Positions 25,684 to 37,390 of a stretch of 64,000 nt of DNA are shown here, piece by piece (within the stretch, counting starts at the first letter, position 1; each line of letters begins with the position of its first letter). The stretch spans positions 128,340,001 to 128,404,000 of the forward strand of contig NC_042997.1 in assembly GCF_006345805.1 (NCBI RefSeq), given 5' to 3'. The notes below the pieces were generated by a model. The model saw only the letters and a program-made list of their open reading frames with translations. It did not search any database and had not been told where the DNA came from. The translations under genes and the position numbers were made by a program. Origin of the DNA: Octopus sinensis. Lineage: Eukaryota.

Positions 25684-26679
25684 TATACACACGCACATAC
25701 ACACATACATACACATGTACATACTCACATACATGCACATTATTACATGCACACACACACACACACACACACACATTTGACTACATTTTTTTGTCTATTT
25801 TATTAATACAAGTCTTGCTGAAGCAAACGAACACCAGTCTCTTTGGATTCTGTTTTATCATAACTTTGTGTGTGAGATGACTGGTATAGTCAAATGGTTA
25901 GAGAGTTGATATTGCAATCATGAGGTCATGGGTTAAATCCCACAATGCATATGTGAGCAAATGTCTTTTACCACAACCTGAGGACAGCACAAGCCTTGTG
26001 AGTGAAAATGAGTTGGTGAAACCTCATTGAAAAAGTGTCAGATGGATAGTACATATAATTCACAGCACACAGTATTGTACTGATTCCTGCCAAAGTCATC
26101 TTTGCTTTTCCTTTCATTCCTTCATTACTGTACTGATGCCTAGCACCAGTCATGGTACTGGAATTGATTTGACTAAACAGCTTTCTCCAAATTTCAGGCC
26201 CTGCACCTATATTAGAAACGATTATTGGATTTCCACAATCAAACCTAGAACTTCCCTGTGTTACTGAAGTAGAGAGAAGAGTATTTATTTGCAAACAGTT
26301 GTGAAAAGTCTACATACTTAATATAATAAACCTTTGATGTTAATTACTCAATTATACATCAGCATTTAAAACAATAGTTAATTTAGTGTTAATATATTTA
26401 ATGTAGAGAAAATGAAAAGTCGTATTCGTATTAGAAATGTCTATATGATGAAGAAAGTAAACATTATATAAATATCTAATATATCATTTGCAGCAAGTAC
26501 AAGAGATAACTCTGGTCATCTTTTCATCTTATTAAGCCTCTTAAGTAAAGTGTATACACCATGATTCTTACTGAATATAGTGATGAGAAAATACTATGAA
26601 GGCCATGGTGTGAGTTACTTCCCTGTGATCAAAAAATAAAGGAAAATAAAATGTATCTCCTGCACAAGCAGATTTGTAA

Positions 26680-26925
26680 AAGTGGTTATAGGAAATTTAG
26701 TTATAAACATTTTTGCTGTAGGAAAATTCATTGAAAGAAATTTCATTTTAAATGTCCTCATCATGTTTTTTTAATGTTTGACGTTTAATAATGACTTGCC
26801 TATTTAAATACTTTTATAAAACCTTTTATCATTCTTTTATTTATTTTAAAAAATGTTGATAAGCTTTGTGTTATGGCAAATTTTTCTATACGGCGAAATC
26901 TCTTACAGCAAATTTTCCAGACACA
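26680..26925. mobile_element. Possible degenerate MITE
   Basis: tttgctgtaggaaaattc near the left end versus gaaatctcttacagcaaattttcc near the right end (imperfect inverted sub-repeats). Confidence 0.3.
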
Positions 26926-27052
26926 TGAAAAAGTAACATTCTTTCTTTGGTTGTTTGCTTAATACCTGTCTTTTTTTCATTCTTGCATTGACAGGAACGT
27001 ATCTGAAGTAGCATTATATGGTTAGATATTTTTCTTGTCACAGAATCCTTAC

Positions 27053-27112
27053 CTGATTTTCATGTAACAGATTTTTTTCTTTATACCACTGGGGTTCAAA
27101 TGCACAAAGCAG
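27053..27112 (-). CDS. Candidate internal exon (LLCAFEPQWYKEKNLLHENQ), host gene unknown
   Basis: Very strong donor CAG|gtaagg. Two alternative acceptors give open frames, so the parse is ambiguous. Confidence 0.2.
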
Positions 27113-27554
27113 CTAATCGTAATGGTGACTAGGAATATAAATATCATGCTACTGCTTTACTCAGGCATTAACAAGTGAACCCGTGGAATTTCTTCATTTC
27201 TGCATATATGTACACACACACACACACTCGTGTGCATGTGTCTGTTTATATGTGCATGTGTGTGTATATTATTATATGTAATTACTTTACCTCTCCTTTG
27301 AAATTTCTGGCTTTGTGCCAAAATTTGAAACCTTTATTATTATAATCCCTTAATTTTAGTCCTTGTGCCTATAGTAAAAAGGATTATTATTATCAGGCAC
27401 AAAAAGAAGGGAAAAGAGGCTTGACATGTCATATGCTAGTCCTTCATCAGAATAAATGAAAAACAAAAGTACAAGATATTAATAGTTATTGCCAAGCTAA
27501 CATGGCAGTCCAGAAAAATAGTACAAGAGGTGGTTGGAAAATAAGCTCTTAAAT

Positions 27555-28110
27555 TCGATGACTGGCATCCGTGCTAGTGGTGCGCTAAGAGCACCATCCA
27601 AGTGTGATCGTTGCCAGAGCAGCTAACTGGCTTCCATGCCAGTGGCACGTAAAAAGCTCCATTCGAGCGTGATCGTTACCAGCGTCGCCTTACTGGCACT
27701 TGTGCTGGTGGCACATGAAAGAAACATTCAAGTGAGGTCATTGCCAGTGCTGCTGGACTGGCTCCTGTGCAGGTGGCACGTAAAAAACACCATTTGAGTG
27801 TGGCCGTTGTGGCCCTTGTGCCTGTGGCATGTAAAAGCACCCATTACACTCTTGGAATGGTTGGCGTTAGGAAGGGCATCCAGCTATAGAAACTCTGCCA
27901 GATCAAGATTGGAGCCTGGTGCAGCCATCTGATTCGCCAGTCCTCAGTCAAATCGTCCAACCCATGCTAGCATGTCCGCACTGGCAACCACCTCGCTCGA
28001 ATGTTATTTTCACATGCCCTGGCATGGAAGCCAGGTAGCTGCTCTGGTAACGATCACACTTGGATGGTGCTCTTAGCGTACCACTAGCAGACATTAAACG
28101 ATGATGGTGA
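27555..28110 (+). mobile_element. SINE family C copy with an inverted self-duplication in its tail
   Basis: 27572-27642 and 28019-28089 are reverse complements (71 bp, 3 mismatches). Confidence 0.9.
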
Positions 28111-29403
28111 TTATATATATATATATAGATTTTGCAGCCACCAATTCCACTTTCAAAATATTGGTCAGTCTAGATCTGTGTTAGAAAGCACCTGCCCAAT
28201 TTTCCACACAGTGGAACTGGACTCCAACTAGATGGTCGTGAAGCAACCTTCACTGGGTATTTCAACAAAAAAATGTAATTTGCTGACAATTTTTTTTTTT
28301 TGGAGTATTCTATAATGAATATAACAAGCAGTTATTCAGAGCACTTATCTAGATTACTGTGTATGACCCACTCTTTAGTGTTATAACTCAACTTTAATGA
28401 CTTATAGAGAAGACTTGTAAAAAGTAATTATTTCAACTTTATTGAATAAATCACTGTGTCCTCACACACTAGAATCTACTTAGTTATTTTTATCTGTAGA
28501 ATATTACTTAATTTTCTATTATATAGCTTTTATCTATATATATATTTTAAAAATTAATTAGAGGCTAATGTTGATTTTAGTTATTAAGAATATTATCGCA
28601 TTCACTAAACGAGTTGTGTGTTTATTTCTGATTAAACTTGTATTGATTTTTACTTTATTAAAAATTCTGAGGCTTTCTGATGTCTTTTGTGTGTGGATGT
28701 ATGTGACTATATGTATAAATATATTTGTAAGGATATACATATATGTGTGTGTGTGCATGTGTATGTGTGTGTCTGTAGACATGTATATATGTATGCACAT
28801 GTATGTATATATGTATATATATACATGTATGTATATGTATATTATCCCCGTCTCTATCCTCTAGCCACTCTCCATTCACATTGTTATAAACTTAGTTATC
28901 AATTCACTTACCCTGTTCAATCCTTGGTGCTACTTACATTCACCAATCTGTAACTTGAGACTACTTCCTGACACATCTTCACTACCATCTTGCCTCTTTT
29001 CTAACTGAGGTAGCCATGTAGCTCCTCTACAGCAAGACACCTGTTCCTGTCCCTCTTTCATACTTTGACCTCTCATTATGTGGCATAAAACCACCTCCCT
29101 CAATATTACACTTACCGTATTTGAAGGGTCGTGTCTTGTGAGTTACTTGGTGACCTCACAGGTGCTGCTGCTACATCAAAAAAGCACCCACTACACTGTG
29201 TAAAGTAGTGGCATTAAGAAGGGCATCCAGGTGTAGAAACCATGCCAACATGGAAAAGGAACAGTAAATGATGCTGATATATATATGCATATGTGTGTAT
29301 GTGTGCATCATCATCACCATCATCATTTGACTACCATTTTCCATGCTATCATGGGTTAGATAAATATGTGTATATAGATATATACACTTATGCACACACA
29401 CAT

Positions 29404-29449
<46 letters not shown>

Positions 29450-29724
29450 GAATTGGTTATTGAATATATATATAAAGCTATAAAGAATAGCTCGTAAATA
29501 TTGGTTAGATATTGACTAGAAAAAAGTCAGAGGCTGTCCATGGAACTTTTATTGTATCTATCCAAAAGAATTTTTCAACCCAATATTCATATGCTATTAT
29601 TTATAGCTTTATATCCCCCCCCCACCAAAACATTATTCCACATTCTCTCAAAAGTTTATAAAATTATAACACCAATGATATATGTGTATGGGTGGGTGGG
29701 GAATGTGTGCGTGTATATATATAT

Positions 29725-30245
29725 ATCATCATCATCATCATCATCGTTTAACGTCTGTTCTCCATGCTAGCATGGGTTGGACGGTTCAACCGGGGATCTG
29801 GGAAGCCAGAAGGCTGCACCAGGCTCCGGTCTTATCTGGCAATGTTTCTACAGCTGGATGCCCTTCCTAACGCCAACCACTCCGTGAGTGTAGTGGGTGT
29901 TTTTTATGTGCCACCTGCACTGGTGCCAGGCGAGGCTGGCATCGGCCACGGTCAGATTGGTGCATTTTATGGAAGCCAGTCGAGGCGGCACTGGCTTCGG
30001 CTACGATTCGGATGGTGCTTTTTACATGCCACCAACACGGAAGCCAGTCGAGGCGGCGCTGGCATCGGCCACAATTCGGATGGTGCATTTTATGGAAGCC
30101 AGTCGAGGTGGCACTGGCTTCAGCTACGATTCGGATGGTGCTTTTTACGTTCCACCTACACGGAAGCCAGTCGAGGCGGCGCTGGCATCGGCCACAATTC
30201 GGATGGTGCTTTTTACGTACCTCCAGTCCCAGGGCCCTGGCATCT
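29725..30245 (-). mobile_element. Young, CpG-rich SINE family C copy with a 123-bp higher-order internal repeat
   Basis: ggcatcggccac recurs at 29938, 30061 and 30184; (CAT)n tail at the left end. Confidence 0.9.
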
Positions 30246-30297
30246 GCCGGGTGCTAGTCATAGGATTGGTTCAATATATATATATATATATACATAC

Positions 30298-30545
30298 TTT
30301 TTATTTGTTTCAGTCATTTGACTGTGGCCATGCTGGAGCACCACCTTTAGTTGAACAAATCAACCCAGGACTTATTCTTTGTCAGCCAAGTACTTATTTT
30401 ATCAGTCTCTTTTGCAAGCTGCTAAGTTACGGGGATGTTAACACACTAACATCAGTTGTCAAGCGATGATGTGGGGACAAACACAGATACACTCACACAC
30501 ACACACATATATATATGTATGTATGTGTATGTATGTATATATGTG

Positions 30546-30612
<67 letters not shown>

Positions 30613-30755
30613 GTGTGTGTGTGAGATTCTTTCAGTTTCTGTCCACCAAATCCACTCACAAGGCTATGGTCGGCCCAAGGCTACAGTAAAAGACACTTGC
30701 CCAGTGGGACTGAATCCGGAACCATGTGGTTGGGAAGCAAGCTTCTTACCACTTC
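30298..30755 (-). mobile_element. SINE family A, near full length
   Basis: Both halves are present around an internal (TA)n/(TG)n tract; the head is slightly truncated or deleted. Confidence 0.9.
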
Positions 30756-30765
30756 ATCTATAAAT

Positions 30766-30857
30766 AAATATGGAACATTTCACAAATTTGCATGTCATCC
30801 TTGCACAGGGGCCATGCTAATCTTCTCTGTACCATTCCAATTTTAGCATATGTACTG
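30766..30857 (-). pseudogene. U6: U6 snRNA copy (about nt 14 to the 3' end), decayed
   Basis: The reverse complement matches canonical (vertebrate) U6 at 83 of 92 nt, including ACAGAGA, AGC and the 3' stem-loop. All 9 differences are transitions and all 5 CpGs are lost. The 5' stem-loop is missing, and the upstream sequence is a SINE tail rather than a PSE/TATA promoter. Confidence 0.95.
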
Positions 30858-31451
30858 TATATATCATCATCATCATTTAATGTCCATCTTCTATGCTTGC
30901 GTGGCTTGGATGGTTTGACATGGAGCTGTCAAACCAGACAGAGGACTGCACCAAACTCCAATGTCTGTTTTGGCATGGTTTTATACACATGTATATATGT
31001 AGATGTATACATGTGTATATATAAGTGTGTGTGTGTGTATATGAATTATAAATACCATTACAATACAATAGTTTTATTTTCCAGCTATATAAAACACCGT
31101 AAAGTTAGAATTATAAATAGTGGCACAACAAGGCACCAATGTTTGCTGGAAATAGCAGTCAATAACTGTATGATGCTATGTAAAGCTTCACTGAATGTAT
31201 ACAGGCAAAGATGTATGTGGTTGGCAAACATAAAAAATTTTCATCTTACTTCTGGGAAGAACCCTGGATAAATGGATAACTTAGTACTCAAATTTCAGAC
31301 TTTCCAGATTACACTTGTTATCATAAATCTGGTTAGTTTTCTTCAGCTAGGTTCACCAAAGATGAAATTTAAAATATCTGCTACATGAATGCCTGTATAT
31401 TCGTCTGATATGTATAGCCATAAACAGAACTGAGATCAGTGAAAATGTTTC

Positions 31452-31850
31452 TGGCTGTGTGGTAGGTAGCTTGTTTACCAACCACATGGTTCCGGGTTCA
31501 GTCCCACTGCGTGGCACCTTGGGCAAGTGTCTTCTACTATAGCCTCGGGCCAACCAAAGCCTTGTGAGTGGATTTGGTAGACGGAAACTGAAAGAAGCCC
31601 ATCATGTATATGTATATATATGTATGCGTGTGTGTGTTTGTGTCTGTGTTTGTCCCCCTAGCATCACTTGACAACCGATGCTGGTGTGTTTATGTCCCTG
31701 TTACTTTGCGGTTCGGCAAAAGAGACCGATAGAATAAGTACTGGGCTTACAAAAGAATAATTCCCGGGGTTGAGTTGCTCGATTAAAGGCGGTGCTCCAG
31801 CATAGCCACAGTCAAATGACTGAAATGAGTAAAAGAGTAAAAGAGTATAA
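31452..31850 (+). mobile_element. SINE family A, full length and relatively young
   Basis: ggctgtgtggtaggtagcttg...ggttccgggttcagtcccactgcgtggcaccttgggcaagtg...aaatgactgaaa..aaaagagtaaaagag tail; CpGs retained. Confidence 0.9.
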
Positions 31851-32427
31851 AAATTATAAATATTATTGCAATACAATAGTATTATTTTCCAGCTAAATAA
31901 AGCACCGTAAAGGTAGAATTATAAATAAGAAATAGTGGTAATGTTTACTGGATTTCAGCTGCATGGAAACTCAGCATTACACTTCCCTGCATTAGATTAC
32001 TATGTGTTCTGATAGCTGAGTCTGTTAGAACAACTTTCTGTGATAGGTACATGACTCTTTGGATCCATATATCATATCACAAATTTATATACATATATAT
32101 ATATGTATGTATGTAAGTGTGTGTGTGTCTGGGTGTATATGTGTGTGTGTATATACATGCATACACACACAGGCGGACGTTAAATGATGATGATGATGAA
32201 GATACATGTATATATAATATTAATGCACAATATATGGATTTATCTTATCCAGTGGTACTCACAAAAAAATCTCCTTTAATACAGGCATGTAAAATAATTT
32301 ATTATGCACTAAAATAAATTATGTTTCCATGATATTAGCTGTGAAACAATCATAAGCTTCTGGATATCAACTAGGGAAATAAATATATTCATCTCGTATC
32401 TCTCCTGACTTTCTATTTATTCTATAG

Positions 32428-33055
32428 ACATCATCATCATCGTTTAACGTCTGCTTTCCATGCTAGCATGGGTTGGATGATTTGACTGAGGATTGGCGAA
32501 CCAGATGGCTGCACCAGGCTCCAATCTTGATCTGAGTTTCTACTGCTGGATGCCCTTCCTAATACTAACCACTCCAAGAGTGTAGTGGATGCTTTTACAT
32601 GCCACCAGCACAAGGGCCAATCAAACAGTACTGGTAACGGCCACGCTCAAATGGTGTGTTTTAATGTGCCACCTGCACAGAAGCTAGTCCAGCGGCACTG
32701 GCAACAACCTCGCTTGAATGTTTTTCCACATGCCACCAGCACAAGTGCCAGTAAGGCGACGCTGGGACATATATATATATATAAAAATATATATGTGTGT
32801 GTGTGTGTGTGTGTGGCATTATGTCATGCTTGAGAAGAAACCCCATGAAGCCAAGTAAAATCACAGTTGTGGCAGATACTAGTGTTGTGCAAATGGCACC
32901 TGTGCCGGAAGCATGTAAAACCACCCATTACACTCAGAATGTTTGGCGTTAGGAAGAGTATCCAGCTGTAGTAACCATGCCAAATCAAACTGGGGTCTGG
33001 TACAGCCTTCTAGCTTGCCAGCCCTGGTTAACGAATGCTAAATGATGATGATGAT
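32428..33055. mobile_element. Head-to-head pair of family C SINEs (32428-32770 on -, 32870-33055 on +)
   Basis: The tails (CAT)n and (GAT)n face outwards; the aggaagggcatccag block is shared in opposite orientations. Confidence 0.8.
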
Positions 33056-33717
33056 ATATATATGCATATACGTATATGTGCATATATAAGCAGATATAAA
33101 TATTCATACATATCTATATGCATATATGAGTGTGTACATGCGTACACATGAATCTTATGATCTGAACCTAACACACCTATATTGGACATACCTGTGTACA
33201 AAGCTATTTTGATGCTTGACTAAACTTTAAACAATAACACAAGTCCCACTTCAGACTAACAAAGTCTTCCAACAACAACTTTCTACCAATACACACTGTA
33301 CAAACATATTTCCTCTTATCCTTTTCTGTCCCCTTTCTTATAGATCTACCTCCCAAACCTACATGCACCAAGTATAATTGTCATTTCACATATCTCCACC
33401 CATCCCAGAATTAACAACTTGCCAAAGACTATAAATGCCTAAAGGAACCCAAATAAGTACAGTTTGATTAAGTTTTGCAAGCCAAAAGTCCAAAGTCACC
33501 TATCAATCCTCTACTTCAAAATATATATCATCATCTTTTAATGCCTGCTTTCCATGCTGATAGTTTGACAGGAACTGGCTAGCCAGAGAGCTGTACCTTG
33601 TTCCAGTTGTCTGTTTTGACATGGTTTTGATGGCTGGGTGCCCTTCTTAACACCAACAACTTCGCAAGGTGTACTGGCTGCTTTTTACATGGCACCAGTA
33701 CAAGTGCATTATTTACT

Positions 33718-34280
33718 ATTTTTACTTGTTTCAGTCATTTGACTATGGCCATGCTGGAGCACTGCCTTTGCTCGAACAAATCTACCCCAGGACTTATTCT
33801 TTGTAAGCCTTGTACTTATTCTATCAGTCTCTTTTGCCGAACCACCAAGTTACGGGGATGTAAACACACCAGCATCGGTTGTCAAACACAGACACACAAA
33901 CATATACACACACATACATTCACCATGATAGATCGGTAGCCAATAGATCTCTCCTTGTTGTTTTCTGTGTCCCTTTCTGTAGAAGAGCATAGGCTCGAAA
34001 CGTAAAAGACTTTTTCAATTCCTGAGTGTTATACTAATACATCTGTTTGTTTTCTACACCACCTGTCTTCGTCTTTTGTTTTTTTCGTGAACTCTCCCTC
34101 TGTATATATATATATGCATATATACGATGGGCTTTTTTCAGTTTCCGTCTACCAGATCCACTCACAAGGCTTAGGTCGACTGAAGGCTATAGTAGAAGAC
34201 ACTTGCCCAAGGTGCCATGCAGTGGGACTGAACCCAGAACCATGTGGTTTGTAAGCAAGCTACTTACCACACAGCCACAC
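33718..34280 (-). mobile_element. SINE family A with a Penelope-LTR-like repeat nested in its internal microsatellite
   Basis: The two SINE halves (33718-33900 and 34128-34280) are separated by the 33927-34105 element. Confidence 0.85.
33927..34105 (+). mobile_element. ~180-bp Penelope-LTR-like repeat with a hammerhead-ribozyme-like motif (copy 2)
   Basis: Contains GTCCCTTT-CTGTAGA-A-GAGC-ATAG-GCTC-GAAACGTA-AAAGAC at 33969-34010; homologous to 16221-16406. Confidence 0.7.
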
Positions 34281-35449
34281 ACACATATGTATATATGTAC
34301 ACGCACTCACACACACACATATATATACTTGTATGTATGTATGTGTATATATATGTATGCATATATATACACATACATAGGTACACACACATATATATAT
34401 ATATATATATACTTGTATGTATGTATGTATGTGTATATGTATGCATAAATATAATATATATTGTATATTTTGTATTAATTATACAGCATTGTAAATTACT
34501 CTCATGATAGCCAATTCATGTTACCCAGTGGTTTTGTATCAAAGAACTTTTGAAGTATGGAAAGGTAGATTAAGTCATCAGACATGGACAGTTAATTCAT
34601 ATTTCCACTCTTGGAAGGTTAGTTAACATGAAGCCATTTGATTACATGGATGCTTTTAATGTACAAAAATATGAATGTACCCAGTACTTATATCAGGAAT
34701 TTTATAGTCTAATTTATGGTTGTAATCTTGGATGTCATACACACATACACGGATACACATTTACAAAAAAATATTATAAAAAATTTGTTTTTAAATTTTG
34801 ATTGTTTCTAATTGAAACAGATACAGTTAATCTACTTAATCAATATTAATTGTACCTATTAGGGGCTTTTCTAATATTACTTTCTTTAATTTTGGAATTA
34901 AACTATTGTTGTGAAAACTTTGAACTTTAATTAGTAATACTATTTGTTAACATTATTAGCATTAATGGAAAACTTCTAAGCAAAAATTTTAAAATCTCTG
35001 TTTTTATTCTGGATATTTCAGAAGTTTGGTTTTAAAATAAACCATTTTGAAATATGTCTTATGCTAAGAGAATTCTTTCCCCACCACCCTATCCATTGTT
35101 TATGTATCAGCTTATGTCAGTATTAATAGGTTCTGATGGTAAATTTTGGCAGCTTCAGTGCTGTAGTATGAATATTAATGCTGCCAAAAGTAATCAACTC
35201 TTGGCATCTTTTATTATACAATGTACTATTTTGTGGAATTATCTTGTATTTTATTCTCCTTAGGCTCTTTTCTTATAGCTTATTTGAGTTGACTAGATAA
35301 TGCTTATTTACTAATAACTATATTTTGTTACTTTTTGTGAGCATTTCTAATTAGTAACAGGTCATTTGGCTTCAGAAGTAAAAGATGATGATAGCGACAA
35401 CAATTATTATTATTATTATCATCATCATTTCTTCTTCATTGCATGATAA

Positions 35450-36300
35450 AAGTGTGGTACTACAAGTTGGTAATGTTAAAGGACAATGTGTTTACTCATC
35501 TATTAATGAAACTGAGCCTAAACATATTTCCTTGCTATCCCCAGAGTTTTGACTGGTGGTCCTCTGAAACTGGGGTTTGTTGCTCTTTGTTGCTTACTAT
35601 TGATTTCCATTACATTTGTTTTTCTTGTTTTTGCTTTATCTTCCCAATTTTGGAAGGGCAGGTCAGCTTGAAGGTGTGTTTTATTTCAACAAATATAGCT
35701 ACTAAGCTTTCTGTCCTGTATAATTAATTTCTGGCTTTTGTCCTAGTGCTTCCTATTGGGCGTAGTTCTAGTATAGTTGTGGCCTTTCTGGGGTCATTAG
35801 TACTTGCACGACTATTTTGACACCACTCCCCTAACCACACATCATTTGTTAAGCTTTCTTTGACCATACTCTCAAACTGAATCACAAAAGTCACTATGAG
35901 CCATGAATGTATTTTGTCTAGTGTCTCTCATTGTGACTCTTGTGGTTCTTTAACCCATCTATTGGTTCACAAATGTAGAAACTTAGATACACCTGACAAT
36001 TTCAACCCGTGTTTTGGCTGCATCTTCAGTTTCAAAGTTACAACAAATAACATCAAAACTTTTGCTTTTTCAATTGAGATTAATTCTCTCAGTATGTAAG
36101 TCTTGTTGTACAACTTGATGCGAGGAGAATTTTAATTTATTTCCATCTTTTCATCAGCAGAAAGATATAATTTTTCTACTTCACCCTCTCTTGGATTATC
36201 TTCCATGGCAAAGAAATGCTGCTGATTTTTTTACAAAATTCTGCCATCTGCATATTTTTCTTGTAACTGTGATAAGCCTCATAATTCTGTTTGTTTAGTG
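35450..36300 (-). mobile_element. Possible highly decayed CR1/L2-like LINE 3' remnant
   Basis: The minus-strand SFRGPP.. motif resembles the CR1/L2 C-terminal SF..RGP.LFN.LP. There are many stops, so this is weak. Confidence 0.3.
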
Positions 36301-36759
36301 TTGAAGGAAGATTTGTTTTCACATAAACAGGTAGCAATAGTTAGATTCATTTAAGAGTTGCTTTATTTTGTTGTTATTGTTGTTGTTATTGTCATTGTCT
36401 TCCAAATTACTTATTTGAGTATTTTGGGACATTTTGTTCTTTTAATTGATTACTATATTGTTCATTGTCTTCTTCCTTTTGTATAGTTCTATTTTTGTTG
36501 CTGTCTCTTAGCCATTGTAGTATTTTGTTGTGTACCATCTGTGATTGCCATTTTAGGTGTCAAAAAGTAATGTATATGAATAATATTTAAGAGATTTGTG
36601 AAGCATACCTCTTTTTTTTTCTTTTGTACACCCCTGGGTATTGAGATCAGCCTTTCTTTAGTTCTTTTCACTAGTGCTCCCAAAAATTTCAGCTGATAAT
36701 GCTTGGATAAATCTTGTGTTGAAAGAAGTAAAAACATCTTCATACTACATGAGTCAAAT

Positions 36760-37390
36760 TTAATAATAATCCAAATATAGGCACAAGGCCTGAAATTTTA
36801 GGGGAGAGGGCTAGTTGATTACATTGACCCTGGTGCTCAACTGGTACTTATTTCATCAACCTTGAAAGGATGAAAGACAAAGTTGGCCTTGGTGAAGTTT
36901 GAACCCTGAATGTAATGACAGACAAAATACCACTAGACATTTTGTCTGATATGTTAACGATATTGCCAGCTCACTACTTTAGTAGTACTAACAACACCGA
37001 CAGTAATAATAATCCTTTCTACTAAAGGCACAAGGCCTGAAATCTGGGGTGAAGGGATTAGTCAATTACATCAACCCAAGTGCGTAACTGGTACTTATTT
37101 CATCAACCCCAAAATGATGAGAAACAAAGTTGACCTTGGTGAAATTTGAACTCAGAATGTAAGGACGGACAAAATGCTGCCAAGCATTTTGCCTGACATG
37201 CTAACGATTCTGCCAAATTTTGGCATAAGGTCAGCAATTTTGAGAGAAGGTGCTAGTCACTTACATCAACTCAGTATTTGATTGGCACCTTATTTTATCA
37301 ACCCTGAACATGGAATTTGAAGAGTTGAAAGAAATGCCTCTAAGCATTTTATCTGATGTGATAAAGATTCTGCCAGCTTACCACCTTAAT
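36760..37390 (-). mobile_element. Head-to-tail array of three family B SINEs
   Basis: Copies at about 36760-36980, 37005-37215 and 37220-37390, each with the ctggtacttattt.atcaacc core, bounded or linked by (AAT)n-like tracts. Confidence 0.85.

Noticed and set aside
28912-29020. Minus-strand open frame with strong gtaagt donors
   Set aside because: It overlaps the 5' region of a family C SINE-associated repeat, so it is not credible as a host exon.
29764-30469. The two longest ORFs (185 and 190 aa) with repeated peptide motifs
   Set aside because: They lie wholly within family C and A SINEs. They stay open because the internal repeat is GC-rich with a 123-bp period.
31455-31520. tRNA-like sequence with A/B boxes
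   Set aside because: It is a SINE head with no complete cloverleaf, and it continues directly into the SINE body.
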